Part shown: piece by piece, positions 20,715-30,571 of the stretch
Position numbering within the stretch: the stretch's first letter is position 1
Layout: each line of letters begins with the position of its first letter
Source: Candidatus Woesearchaeota archaeon
GTDB lineage: Archaea; Nanobdellota; Nanobdellia; SCGC-AAA011-G17; PNOQ01
Assembly: GCA_018693795.1 (NCBI GenBank)
Contig: JABHMJ010000043.1
Coordinates: 1 to 49,971, forward strand
Direction of reading: 5' to 3'
Length of the DNA stretch: 49,971 bases
Made by a program: the position numbers and the translations under genes
The notes under the pieces: generated by a model
Seen by the model: only the letters and a program-made list of their open reading frames with translations
What the model was told of the DNA's origin: nothing
Databases searched by the model: none

Positions 20715-21039
20715 CGTAATTAGAAAGACTCTTCAATTCTTCTATACTTCTTGTACCTGGATATAATTGTCCATCTGGGAAAACCCATGTTGGATAACCT
20801 TGAACACCATGATCTACACACCAACTCTGTTCATTATCACAATTTTTAAAATCTACATATTGGAAAGAATCTCCAAACAATGCTTTTTGATCTTTACAAT
20901 GGCTACACCAATCTGTTCCTGCCATTGCAATACCTTCAGAAGTTAAATATTGTGCAAAATCATCATGCTCACTAGGTCCACTAGTTGTTGCGCACCCAGA
21001 AATTAACAACATTAATCCAAATAAAATTAATATTTTCAT
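20707..21039 (-). CDS. Thioredoxin-like lipoprotein
   Basis: Lipobox LISGC; WCSHC; GYPTW. Confidence 0.8.
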   Translation of the reverse strand: MKILILFGLMLLISGCATTSGPSEHDDFAQYLTSEGIAMAGTDWCSHCKDQKALFGDSFQYVDFKNCDNEQSWCVDHGVQGYPTWVFPDGQLYPGTRSIEELKSLSNYDG

Positions 21040-21111
21040 ATCTTTAAAATAAATTAATCAATTAAAAAGCTTTTGGTAACATTTATAAATGGAACATATA
21101 TGCTGTAGAAT

Positions 21112-21498
21112 ATGGATGGACCAGGAATTATAATTGGAGTCTCATTAGTTGGAGCATCAATAGGCATAGCTGCCTTTGTAGATTATGCAAGATCAGTTGG
21201 TGAGCAAGAAAAAGCACATGATCTTAGATCAAGGATACATGGAAATCTTGAAGCATATTTAAATGGAAAAACAATTAGACAGTATAAAATAATTCGATTA
21301 GAAACTTCACAATCATCTATAGATAAACACCGTGCTGAAAATAGATGCATAATTGATATTTGTAAACAAATGGATTCCCGAGGGGTAGAATTTATAGTCA
21401 GCCCACATTACGATAATTCTATTGTAAAATCATATGTGCAAAAAAAATACAAATGTGAATTATCTGGAATTGGTTTAAAACCTAAATCAACCTCCTGA
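21112..21498 (+). CDS. Hypothetical protein with N-terminal TM helix
   Basis: 128-aa ORF; TTTATAAA box upstream. Confidence 0.6.
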   Translation: MDGPGIIIGVSLVGASIGIAAFVDYARSVGEQEKAHDLRSRIHGNLEAYLNGKTIRQYKIIRLETSQSSIDKHRAENRCIIDICKQMDSRGVEFIVSPHYDNSIVKSYVQKKYKCELSGIGLKPKSTS

Positions 21499-21681
21499 AA
21501 CAACACTTAAAAATTTAACTTCATCACTAGATTCAAAACCAACATCTTGATTAACTAATTCACCATTCTTAACAATAATATATTCTTCTAAATTAATACC
21601 AAGTAAGTCAACTAATTCTTTAACACTCTTAACATCAATATTTCCTTTATCTCCAATTCTATCTACATAAACTTTAACCAT
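21487..21681 (-). CDS. Ubiquitin-like sulfur carrier (SAMP/ThiS/MoaD)
   Basis: 64 aa ending VVSGG; overlaps the ncsA-like gene. Confidence 0.9.
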   Translation of the reverse strand: MVKVYVDRIGDKGNIDVKSVKELVDLLGINLEEYIIVKNGELVNQDVGFESSDEVKFLSVVSGG

Positions 21682-22588
21682 TTTTTAACCTCTTAACATA
21701 TTCACATGCCTGACAAGTTTCATTTGAAGCGGGCTCACCACATTTACAGATTTTAATGCTAGATCCTGCATATTTTTCTTTCAAAGAAGGCAATATCTCT
21801 AAAAAAGAATTTACAATTGAATATTTAGTGGATGGATATTTTTTATCAAAGTCATTAATCATAGTTCTAACCTCACTTCTTAAAGATCCTTTTGCGTATG
21901 GGCATTCATTGAAATTATCAGTTAAACCCTTAATAAATGCATAAGTCATAATTTCTTTTTCAGTTAAAAAATATAATGGTTTTATTCTTTTAATAAATTT
22001 CTTATCATCCTGTATTCCAGTAATTGGCCCTAATCTAGCAGAAGTTTCCATAGTATTCCTAAAAGTATTCATAACAATTGATTGTGATTCATCATCTAAA
22101 TTATGTCCAGTAGCAATTCTATCAACTTTTAACTCTCTAGCAGCTTTATTCATTAAATATCTTCTAAAAACCCCACAAATACTACAAGAATTGATATCTA
22201 AAATTTTCAAAGCTTTACCTAATTTATATCCAAATTCATCTTCGAAACTATAAATATGTAATTTAATATTATTTTCATCACAATATTTTTGAGCAGTTTT
22301 TATTGATTCATCTCTATATCCATGAATTCCTTCATCAATTAATATCCCAATAATTTTTGTAGTTCTTTGTTTGCTAATAATATCATTCAAAACATGTAAT
22401 GTAGTTAAAGAATCTTTTCCACCGGAAACTCCTACAGCAATACTCTCGCCCTTCTCAAATAAATTATATTGTCTAACTGTTTTTCTAACTTTTGCTTCAA
22501 AGTATTTAATAAAACAACTTTTACACAAAGAAATATTATTATTTGGAAGTGTAATTACCGGTTTTTCTTTACATTTTTTGCATGCCAT
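21674..22588 (-). CDS. ncsA: tRNA 2-thiolation protein (NcsA/TtuA/Ctu1 family)
   Basis: N-terminal CxxC..CxxC, SGGKDS PP-loop, CSICGVFRR, TGHNLDD, ECPY, C-terminal Zn finger. Confidence 0.88.
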   Translation of the reverse strand: MACKKCKEKPVITLPNNNISLCKSCFIKYFEAKVRKTVRQYNLFEKGESIAVGVSGGKDSLTTLHVLNDIISKQRTTKIIGILIDEGIHGYRDESIKTAQKYCDENNIKLHIYSFEDEFGYKLGKALKILDINSCSICGVFRRYLMNKAARELKVDRIATGHNLDDESQSIVMNTFRNTMETSARLGPITGIQDDKKFIKRIKPLYFLTEKEIMTYAFIKGLTDNFNECPYAKGSLRSEVRTMINDFDKKYPSTKYSIVNSFLEILPSLKEKYAGSSIKICKCGEPASNETCQACEYVKRLKNG

Positions 22589-22616
22589 ACTAAATTTCTA
22601 AGAAAAAAGTTTGTTT

Positions 22617-23192
22617 TTAAGCGTTTCTAATTGCATTTTGATAAGCAGCATAACCTTGTAATCCTTCAAATTTTTTCCCATTAATAAAAACAACAGGTAA
22701 ATAAGAAACTTCTAATTTTTCTCCTAATCCAAAATCTTTTTCAATTTCAATTTCAAATATATTTGTTTCAACACATTGTTTAAATTCTTCAATTCTTAAT
22801 CCAATTATTTCATCAGCCATTTCATATAAACTATTTTTCCCAAAATTTCCATTAAATGAATAAAGTCTGTTGTGCATTTCTTCAAAATATTTTTGATTAT
22901 TTGCACATTCAGATCCAATTGCTGCCAATTTTGATTGGTTAGATTTAACAAAATGCTTGTAAATAAACTTAACATCATAATCCATTCTTAATCTCTTCAT
23001 ACTATTTTCACTTTGTCTAGAAACCGGATCTAAATAATCTCCAAATTCAACAATTATTATACTTGCATTATCTTCGCCAAGGAAATCATCATCTCTTAAA
23101 ACCCTAGAATAAGGATCATTTGAGATAGAATAAGCAACAATAAAGAATACAATAATCAGAAAAACCCACAAAAATGTAACCCAATGCTTCAT
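22617..23192 (-). CDS. Membrane-anchored DsbA-like protein lacking the active-site CxxC
   Basis: LGEDNA..IIVEFGDYLDPVS, YKHF, AAIGSECA, V..LPVVFING. Confidence 0.75.
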   Translation of the reverse strand: MKHWVTFLWVFLIIVFFIVAYSISNDPYSRVLRDDDFLGEDNASIIIVEFGDYLDPVSRQSENSMKRLRMDYDVKFIYKHFVKSNQSKLAAIGSECANNQKYFEEMHNRLYSFNGNFGKNSLYEMADEIIGLRIEEFKQCVETNIFEIEIEKDFGLGEKLEVSYLPVVFINGKKFEGLQGYAAYQNAIRNA

Positions 23193-23269
23193 AAACTAAT
23201 TTTAATTATATTATTATTTAAATCTACCGTAATAAAAAGATTTATAAAAAATTAAAATAAATAAACAAT

Positions 23270-23575
23270 ATGAGAAAAAAGATTGATATATTATTTGGAG
23301 TATTAACATTAGTTATTTTAGCAACATTATTCACCAGTGTACAAGATGAACCAAGATTATCTCCGGCAATACAAGAAAATGCCCCAAAATTAAGTTCTAA
23401 CACTGGATTAATTCATGCTCCTTGTAGTGAAGTTTGTTGGGCAGGAGATAAATGTAAACAAGCAGAATCTTTCAAAGGGTCAAACAACTATCTATGCATT
23501 TGCAACTCATGTGAAAATATAGATAAATGTAATTTAAAATCAGATAATCCTTCAGAATTTAATTGGAATTGTTAA
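23270..23575 (+). CDS. Small secreted Cys-rich protein
   Basis: N-terminal hydrophobic helix; 8 Cys in the C-terminal half. Confidence 0.6.
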   Translation: MRKKIDILFGVLTLVILATLFTSVQDEPRLSPAIQENAPKLSSNTGLIHAPCSEVCWAGDKCKQAESFKGSNNYLCICNSCENIDKCNLKSDNPSEFNWNC

Positions 23576-23577
23576 AA

Positions 23578-24066
23578 TTATTTCTTTTTCTTAATTACTT
23601 TCTTTTTAGTAGATTTCTTCTTTACAACTTTCTTTTTAGCAGTTTTCTTTCTAGCGGCCTTTTTTGCTTCTTTTTCTTTTAATTCTTTAGCTTTTTTTCT
23701 TGCATCAGCAAATAATCCCCAAATCGGATATGTTTTTTTGCTATATGGAGAATCTTTTACCATTTTTACAATTTTTCCATCTAAAATTTCAACTCTAACT
23801 AATGTATAATAAGCTGGTTGATTCATGAATCCGCCCTCTTTTATAACAAATTGAACATCATACGGTCCAGAAGACCAATTTCCAGTAAACTGGTGCATAA
23901 ATTTCTTAAAAGTTGGTGCAGACTTACAATCTGCTATATTAACTCTCAAATATTTATTTTTATGATACGGTGCCTTATACGTTTCTCTAATCTTTAAAAC
24001 CAACATTGGCCTCATAAAATTTACTTTTATAACTTCATCCATCTGATACCTATAATTTCTAAGCAT
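23578..24066 (-). CDS. Hypothetical protein with Lys-rich C-terminal tail
   Basis: Ends KKAARKKTAKKKVVKKKSTKKKVIKKKK. Confidence 0.65.
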   Translation of the reverse strand: MLRNYRYQMDEVIKVNFMRPMLVLKIRETYKAPYHKNKYLRVNIADCKSAPTFKKFMHQFTGNWSSGPYDVQFVIKEGGFMNQPAYYTLVRVEILDGKIVKMVKDSPYSKKTYPIWGLFADARKKAKELKEKEAKKAARKKTAKKKVVKKKSTKKKVIKKKK

Positions 24067-24070
24067 CTAT

Positions 24071-24583
24071 TTAAAACTTTCCCAAGATTCTAGCAAAAAC
24101 TTTCAAAAAATCCTCACTTCTTAATTCATACTTGTTCTTGGCAAAAGAAGAGAATACCATTTTCACTTTATATTTTTTACAAAACTTTACATTTTGTTTC
24201 ATTCTACCCAAAATTCTGGCCCTTTGTTTATCAGAAGAATGCAATAAATATGAAAAATCAAAACCAATTGCTACCCCATTTTTAGCAGCTAACTTACATA
24301 AAACTTGATTCAATCCAGATCTTCTAGAAAACATTAAATCTTTCCTGGTATTTTTCTCAGGACTTAATAAAATATCAACTTGTTTATTTTCAACAGCAAA
24401 TCTATTAATATCTAAGTCTCCACCCTGAACAATAACTAATCCTTTTTTATTCATAATTTCTTTTCTTAATTCTTTTAAAGGAACATCAATAACTCTAATT
24501 AATTCAGTTTTAATTCCCAAATATTTCTCAATTTCTTTATCCTGAACAAAACTTAACTGTTCCATAACAAATAAATAGTACAA
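24071..24583 (-). CDS. rnp3: RNase P protein component 3 (Rpp30)
   Basis: NRFAVEN..VDILLSPE, GLNQVLCKLAAKNGVAIGFDF, SSFAKNKYELR. Confidence 0.85.
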   Translation of the reverse strand: MYYLFVMEQLSFVQDKEIEKYLGIKTELIRVIDVPLKELRKEIMNKKGLVIVQGGDLDINRFAVENKQVDILLSPEKNTRKDLMFSRRSGLNQVLCKLAAKNGVAIGFDFSYLLHSSDKQRARILGRMKQNVKFCKKYKVKMVFSSFAKNKYELRSEDFLKVFARILGKF

Positions 24584-24599
24584 ACCATTTAAAAATCTA

Positions 24600-25457
24600 A
24601 TGAAAATTGACTTAAAATCAATAATTCTTGCAACATTAATAATTGGAGGGTGCGGGCAATCAATAACTAGAAATCCAGAACCAATCCCAGATACAGGAAT
24701 ACAAGAACTAGTTTATGGAACTCCAGAAACATTAGAAGTTTTAACTTGGAATCTACAAACTTTCCCAAAACATGAAGATACAATTCCTTATTTATCCCAA
24801 ATAATTCCTAATTTAGATATAGACATAATTGCTTTACAAGAAATGCAATCATCTTTTCAAACATTATTAGACAATCTTCCCGGGTATGAAGGAATAAAAC
24901 CAAATTCTGCAAGTTATAGTTTAGATTTAGCTTTTTTATACAACCCAGAAATAATAACTATAAACAATACTTATGAAATTTTTCAAAGTAATTGGTATGC
25001 ATTCCCACGTTCACCATTAATAATAGAGGCAGAATATAATTCAATCCCAATAACAATAATCAATAATCACTTTAAATGTTGTGGAGGAGAAGAAAATGAA
25101 AATAGAAGAACCCAAGCAAGTGAGTTATTAGAAGATTACATCCAAGAAAATTTATCAGATAAAAATGTGATTGTATTGGGAGATTTGAACGATGATTTAG
25201 AATTCTTTCAAAATTTCATAAATTCTCCAGAAGAGTATAAATTTGCAGATTATGAAATTTCTCTAGATCAATCCCAATGGTCATACCCAAGATATCCAAG
25301 TCATATTGACCACATATTAATAACAAATGAATTATTTCAAAATGAACAAGAAACTAAAACACTAAAAATTGAAGATCTTTTAGAAGATTCTTGGTCAGAA
25401 TATTACACAATACTTTCAGATCATCGCCCTGTTGTTATTAAACTTGATTTTGAATAA
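24600..25457 (+). CDS. Endonuclease/exonuclease/phosphatase family lipoprotein
   Basis: Lipobox IIGGC; TWNL, ALQE, NHFK, GDLND, IDHILI, SDHRPV. Confidence 0.9.
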   Translation: MKIDLKSIILATLIIGGCGQSITRNPEPIPDTGIQELVYGTPETLEVLTWNLQTFPKHEDTIPYLSQIIPNLDIDIIALQEMQSSFQTLLDNLPGYEGIKPNSASYSLDLAFLYNPEIITINNTYEIFQSNWYAFPRSPLIIEAEYNSIPITIINNHFKCCGGEENENRRTQASELLEDYIQENLSDKNVIVLGDLNDDLEFFQNFINSPEEYKFADYEISLDQSQWSYPRYPSHIDHILITNELFQNEQETKTLKIEDLLEDSWSEYYTILSDHRPVVIKLDFE

Positions 25458-25459
25458 AA

Positions 25460-25693
25460 TTAGTTTCTTTGAAAAGGTCTTATTATTCCATCATACTTGC
25501 TTAAAATTTCTCTTTTTTGAATTATAGAGAATCTCAAATCATCTTTTTCAATTTTAGTTTTAGTAAATATTAGCCCTTCTAAGTTTTGTAATTCTTCTGA
25601 ACAATAATGAAATGAGGTTTCGGGATATAGTATAACTTCTCTAGAATTAGAAGAAGTATATTTGAATGCGTACATATGAATAAGTTCAACCAT
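25460..25693 (-). CDS. Small hypothetical protein
   Basis: 77-aa ORF fitting between its neighbours. Confidence 0.45.
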   Translation of the reverse strand: MVELIHMYAFKYTSSNSREVILYPETSFHYCSEELQNLEGLIFTKTKIEKDDLRFSIIQKREILSKYDGIIRPFQRN

Positions 25694-25704
25694 AATAAAA
25701 GGAG

Positions 25705-26181
25705 TTAACTTTCATTAATAAAATTAACTATATCTTTTATTTTATAACCGTGCGTAGTACTAAGAACAAATAAATGATGTTTTTTTTCTTTTGCTTCAAT
25801 AACAATTGTATCAAATATTTCTGCCTCAACATTATCTCTTATTTTTTTAGCATTATATTTTCTTTTTTTCAATCTATCTTTTAAAATATTAATATCACAT
25901 GTTGTCACAATACATAGATCAACATATTTTTTGGGTAAATAATGACTTAAATGAGAATCAATAATTAAATTTTTCTTTCCAATTAAAGAAATCAAAAACT
26001 TGTTTAATTTTTTTACATCAATAATTTCACACTCATTTTCTTTATCATAACCAGAAGATAATTTATTTTTTTTAATTAATTTAGAAACATCCACATATTC
26101 ATAATTTAAAGCCTTACTTAATTTCTTAGATAAAATAGTTTTTCCACTTCCAACTGATCCACTAACAACTATTGTTTTCAT
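25705..26181 (-). CDS. Archaeal adenylate kinase (AK6/Fap7 family)
   Basis: GSVGSGKT, IIDSHLSH, RL..R.Y...KI.DNVEAE. Confidence 0.85.
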   Translation of the reverse strand: MKTIVVSGSVGSGKTILSKKLSKALNYEYVDVSKLIKKNKLSSGYDKENECEIIDVKKLNKFLISLIGKKNLIIDSHLSHYLPKKYVDLCIVTTCDINILKDRLKKRKYNAKKIRDNVEAEIFDTIVIEAKEKKHHLFVLSTTHGYKIKDIVNFINES

Positions 26182-26203
26182 AAACTAAAAAAATAAAAGA
26201 AGT

Positions 26204-27859
26204 TTAAAAAATTAACTCTTTCAAAAAATCATAGATAGTTAACCATACTGGTTTATCAATAGATCTTAAAGGCATTCCAATTTCTCTTGGAAAATAATTT
26301 TGAGGAACTTTAACACCACAAATACCAGTATTTCTATCACAAGAAGGTTTTTCAACAGTACACCCACATCTAGGACAATCTCTAATCAATTCACTATCTC
26401 CATTACAAAACCATGGTTTTCCATATTCAACACTATTTGAGCACGAGTTAGGAAGGGAACCATCCAAACAAAATGAAACGTCTTCAACACAATCTCCTGC
26501 ATCACAAATAAATCCTACATTACAATCAGCTTGCAAATTATCACAATCTAAGGCACAATTGGCACAAGTTTCTCCACCAACAACATCACAAACGCCATCT
26601 CCGCAAAGATCAACTGCAGGAACAATATCTAATCTTTCAGACCAAACTTTATGTGCATAGGAGCTAGTTTTATGAGTCCAAATAACTGGAATAAAATCTG
26701 AACCTAAATTAACATTCATCAATGTATTTGTATTAAAATCTCTTCCAACATCCCAACTTAAATGATGTTGATTAGGATTGTGTTCCCAATTCCAACCATT
26801 TACAGAATCCCATTTATTATAATATATTTCATTGATTCCAGCAGAAGAAGTATGACTATTAATAGCGCCACCAACTGCATAAACAACATAAACATCATCA
26901 CCATGACTAGTTAATGTTGGAGTAAAATACCAAGCTGTATCTCCACCACTATACCCATTAATTAAATCATTATAATTCCAACTATCTCCAGGAATGCTTA
27001 AATCCAACCACGCATGTTTAACATTATCAATATCACAAGACCAAGTAACATGAAGTAAATCTCCAGCAACTACTGCAGAATATTCTCTAGTTCTATCACT
27101 TGAGGTACTAACAACACAACCAAAATCACCATAATTCCATATTGCAGAATTAGATCTTTGTTCAAAACTTCCAGAATTCCAAATAAAATATTCTAATTTT
27201 GCTTGCCCAGCATTTCTATCATTTGTATCATGGACAACAACTATTGGGTTCCCTTGATATTCAGTAGAACCAATTCTAACAATAGAATCAGTTTGATGAA
27301 CAAGATTGAAACTAGAATCAACTGGGTTCAAATTTTTATCATATCTTCTGTACATTACATTATCGCTACTTGATTCATCCCTTAGAAAAACCCAAACATA
27401 ATCATCAGTAACTTGAATATTTGTTCTTCTTTTATTTCCATCTACTGGAAAAACTTGAACTGGAGTTCCAATATCTCCCGTACTTGTTCCCGGAAAAGAA
27501 ACTTTATTCACATAAATTCCTCCATTTCCTTCATCAGCATAATATGTTGGATAAGTATAATATAATCCATCTGAATCTCCATCTAGAGAAACATGTTGAT
27601 CTAACATTGTAGTACTTGAACCATGAACATCAAATCCTCCGTACCAATTTAAACCACCATTAGTAGAATAATACCAATTATCATCATCACCAGCAACAAT
27701 AGACCATAAATTATCACTATTACTATCATCCATAAAAACTTTCCATCTTGGATAAGCTAATGTACTTCTTTCTGTAGCGCTTCCCGGAAATTCAACAATA
27801 GCACTAACACTAGAAACAAATAAAACCAACATAACTAAAAATAATATTCCTCTTTTCAT
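26204..27859 (-). CDS. Secreted putative beta-propeller protein with Cys-rich C-terminal stalk
   Basis: Signal peptide, Asp-box-like YSTNGGLNW, CGDGVC...ETCANCALDC repeats. Confidence 0.65.
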   Translation of the reverse strand: MKRGILFLVMLVLFVSSVSAIVEFPGSATERSTLAYPRWKVFMDDSNSDNLWSIVAGDDDNWYYSTNGGLNWYGGFDVHGSSTTMLDQHVSLDGDSDGLYYTYPTYYADEGNGGIYVNKVSFPGTSTGDIGTPVQVFPVDGNKRRTNIQVTDDYVWVFLRDESSSDNVMYRRYDKNLNPVDSSFNLVHQTDSIVRIGSTEYQGNPIVVVHDTNDRNAGQAKLEYFIWNSGSFEQRSNSAIWNYGDFGCVVSTSSDRTREYSAVVAGDLLHVTWSCDIDNVKHAWLDLSIPGDSWNYNDLINGYSGGDTAWYFTPTLTSHGDDVYVVYAVGGAINSHTSSAGINEIYYNKWDSVNGWNWEHNPNQHHLSWDVGRDFNTNTLMNVNLGSDFIPVIWTHKTSSYAHKVWSERLDIVPAVDLCGDGVCDVVGGETCANCALDCDNLQADCNVGFICDAGDCVEDVSFCLDGSLPNSCSNSVEYGKPWFCNGDSELIRDCPRCGCTVEKPSCDRNTGICGVKVPQNYFPREIGMPLRSIDKPVWLTIYDFLKELIF

Positions 27860-27889
27860 AGTAAAATCAATAAAAACTAATATTTAAAT

Positions 27890-28099
27890 TTATTCTTTTA
27901 ATTTTTTTAATAATCCAGTAAGAGATTCATCTTTTTTTGGCCCAATTACTCTTGGATCAGGATGAGGGCCAGGACCAATATTAATTAAAGGAATATCTTC
28001 TCCAGGGCCATAAACTCTTTCATACCAAAAATTATCTCCTTCTAACTTATAGTGCGTTCCAGTATCGTCCGCAATTTTTTTATCTTTATACATCCCCAA
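27890..28099 (-). CDS. Small hypothetical protein
   Basis: 69-aa ORF overlapping the pyrH end. Confidence 0.5.
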   Translation of the reverse strand: MGMYKDKKIADDTGTHYKLEGDNFWYERVYGPGEDIPLINIGPGPHPDPRVIGPKKDESLTGLLKKLKE

Positions 28100-28769
28100 T
28101 CACAGTTCCAACAAATTTTTTCTCATTCAACAATTTATTTAAATTTTTCAAATCATTATTTACAATACAAGTTTTAATTTTACTTCTACTAATTATTTTA
28201 GCTGCACTTTGATCTAAAACAAAATGTTGTCCAGCCTTAAATTTAATTTTATTAATTCTAGTCATAAAATCTTTGAAAGAAATTTCAGGAATAAATTTAG
28301 CACTTTTATTTGTTTTAGGATTTTTATCATATAATCCTTTCACATTAGTCATATTAATCAAATAATCTGCTTTAATCAATTCAGCAACCTCAGCAGCATT
28401 TCCATCAGAGGTCATATTCTTTTGCATGCCCAAGGCACCACAAATAACTAAATTCCTTTTTCTTAGAAACTTTTTAACATCTAATAATTTTTCAGGAATT
28501 TCATCTTTAATATCAAAAACTCCAGAAACTAATCTAGCATTTAATCTAGTAGAAGCAATACCCACAATACTTAACATATCTGGATTAGAATTAATATGTT
28601 TCATTCCATCAATATATTTTCTTGCAGTACTTCCACCGCCAGTAACAATAACTACTTTATTTTTCTTAGAGAATTTCTTGATAAACTTAGAAAATTTCTT
28701 TAAATATCCATAATCAACTTTATCAGGAATAATAATCGAACCACCTAATGAAATCACAACTTTTTTCAT
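28086..28769 (-). CDS. pyrH: Uridylate kinase (archaeal type)
   Basis: VISLGGS, VTGGGSTARKY, TNVKGLYDKNP, AGQHFVLD. Confidence 0.92.
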   Translation of the reverse strand: MKKVVISLGGSIIIPDKVDYGYLKKFSKFIKKFSKKNKVVIVTGGGSTARKYIDGMKHINSNPDMLSIVGIASTRLNARLVSGVFDIKDEIPEKLLDVKKFLRKRNLVICGALGMQKNMTSDGNAAEVAELIKADYLINMTNVKGLYDKNPKTNKSAKFIPEISFKDFMTRINKIKFKAGQHFVLDQSAAKIISRSKIKTCIVNNDLKNLNKLLNEKKFVGTVIGDV

Positions 28770-28808
28770 AATAGTTAATTTAAAAATAACATTATTTAAA
28801 AGTTGTGT

Positions 28809-29942
28809 TTAATAATCAGAAAATAAATTTGAATCGTAAACGTCTTGAACTTTTTTTCCAAATGAATCTCCTTTGATATGTTTTCCATTTAATACATACG
28901 GAAAGGTAGTGCCTCCGGCCCTTGGTTGTCTATTTGGATCTGGGAATACATTTCTTATTCCTATATTGTACACAGTCCCAAGTAAATTAGGAGAATCTGA
29001 AATATCGTGGCCAACATGAGAATAAATATTTTCCAATACTTTCAAAATAACAGCGGTTTCACCAATACTAACTATATTTTGTTGATCTTGTTTTTCCCAT
29101 CTTTCCCAACCAGTAGATTCAAAAAATTCATCAGCAGCAACATTATATACTAAATCTGAATTCCTTTCCATTCCTGCAGTAATAGTTCTAGTTGTATCAG
29201 GATATAATGCATTAGAAGTAGAAGTAACTTCGATAGGGTGGCCAGAGGCCAAGTCCTTAGAATTTGATCTTGCACTATATTTTAAATGTGTAAAGCCAAC
29301 AGAAAGATCAACTTCTGTCATAAACCATTTTATAACATCTATTTTTGCCAAATCAGCCTTCAATTTTCTCATTGTATCAAATTCATATTGTACCCTTTCA
29401 ACATAAATTATTGAAGCCATTACTTTGGGATCTACCTCATACCTATCTGAAATATACTTTATTGCATCTTCATATCTATTAATGTCACCTACAACCATAT
29501 TTTGAACTTTAACATATCTTTCATCCATACCAGTAGGATCAATAAAATTCATAGGATTATTATTAACATATACATAAGGTAAATTATCTTTAACAGGATC
29601 TACAGAAGTAAACCTCCCTAAATTTGGATCATAATATCTTGCATTAAAATAATACAACTCTTCATCCAATTCTTTCCCAGTAAAAGAAAATCTTTCTAGA
29701 ACTTTCAACGATTGGCCAAATGGCAAAGATTTAGAATTTATATCCGAACCTAAACGATCTTGATAGTGATAAGTTACAATGTCATCATTTTTAGATGCAA
29801 GTAATTTAGAACCAGCATAAAAATAAGTAGTTTCACCAGAAATAACTTTATCTGGAGTTTCAAAAACTTCTTGGATAACAACATCTTTAGAATTAACTAA
29901 AGGAATAATTAACAAAATTATAAATATCACCCAAACTTTCAT
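28809..29942 (-). CDS. Secreted mini-RHS protein 2; lysozyme-like C-terminal cargo
   Basis: Same signal peptide and RHS core as 10989, ending DPTG; cargo AIKYISDRYEVDPKVMASIIYVE...LGTVYNIG. Start set at MKVWV by paralog alignment. Confidence 0.8.
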   Translation of the reverse strand: MKVWVIFIILLIIPLVNSKDVVIQEVFETPDKVISGETTYFYAGSKLLASKNDDIVTYHYQDRLGSDINSKSLPFGQSLKVLERFSFTGKELDEELYYFNARYYDPNLGRFTSVDPVKDNLPYVYVNNNPMNFIDPTGMDERYVKVQNMVVGDINRYEDAIKYISDRYEVDPKVMASIIYVERVQYEFDTMRKLKADLAKIDVIKWFMTEVDLSVGFTHLKYSARSNSKDLASGHPIEVTSTSNALYPDTTRTITAGMERNSDLVYNVAADEFFESTGWERWEKQDQQNIVSIGETAVILKVLENIYSHVGHDISDSPNLLGTVYNIGIRNVFPDPNRQPRAGGTTFPYVLNGKHIKGDSFGKKVQDVYDSNLFSDY

Positions 29943-30002
29943 AATGAAAAACAATCTAAAAACTATATAAATATTTTTAAAATATATAATGTATAAAACG
30001 TT

Positions 30003-30551
30003 ATGATTTTTGGAATTACTGGTTATTATGGATCTGGAAAAGATGCAGTTGCAAAATATCTAGAATCAAAAGGATTTATACACCACTCTCTTTCTGATGA
30101 AATAAGGTTTGAATTAAATAAAAGAGGAATGGAAATAACAAGAGAGAATTTAATTTATTTAGGGAATGAACTTAGAAAGGAACATGGCCCTAGTGTAATT
30201 GCTAAAATCTTATCAAATAAACTAGAACAAGATAAAAATTATATTCTAACCTCAATAAGAAATCCATCTGAAGCATTAGAACTAAAAAAATTAGAAAATT
30301 TCAAATTAATTAGCTTAGACGGCCCAATTGAGCAAAGATTTGAGAGAGTAAAAACAAGAAATCGTGAAGAAGACCCAAAAACAATAGAAGAATTAAAAGA
30401 AAAAGAAAAAATAGAAGAATCAAATGATGAAACAAAACAACAATTACACAAAGTAAGAGATTTATCAGATATAAAAATAAACAATAATTCAACTTTAGAA
30501 GCATTATATGATCAAATTAATTCTATACTACCGGGCAATAGTTACAAATAG
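30003..30551 (+). CDS. P-loop kinase, dephospho-CoA-kinase-like
   Basis: GITGYYGSGKD, SLSDEIR, SIRNPSE, RFER...RNR. Confidence 0.75.
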   Translation: MIFGITGYYGSGKDAVAKYLESKGFIHHSLSDEIRFELNKRGMEITRENLIYLGNELRKEHGPSVIAKILSNKLEQDKNYILTSIRNPSEALELKKLENFKLISLDGPIEQRFERVKTRNREEDPKTIEELKEKEKIEESNDETKQQLHKVRDLSDIKINNNSTLEALYDQINSILPGNSYK

Positions 30552-30571
30552 AAAGATTTATAAACTAATTA

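Noticed and set aside
23578..23700. KKKVIKKK motif shared with the N-terminus of 12111
   Set aside because: Low-complexity Lys-rich sequence in an AT-rich genome; not evidence of homology.
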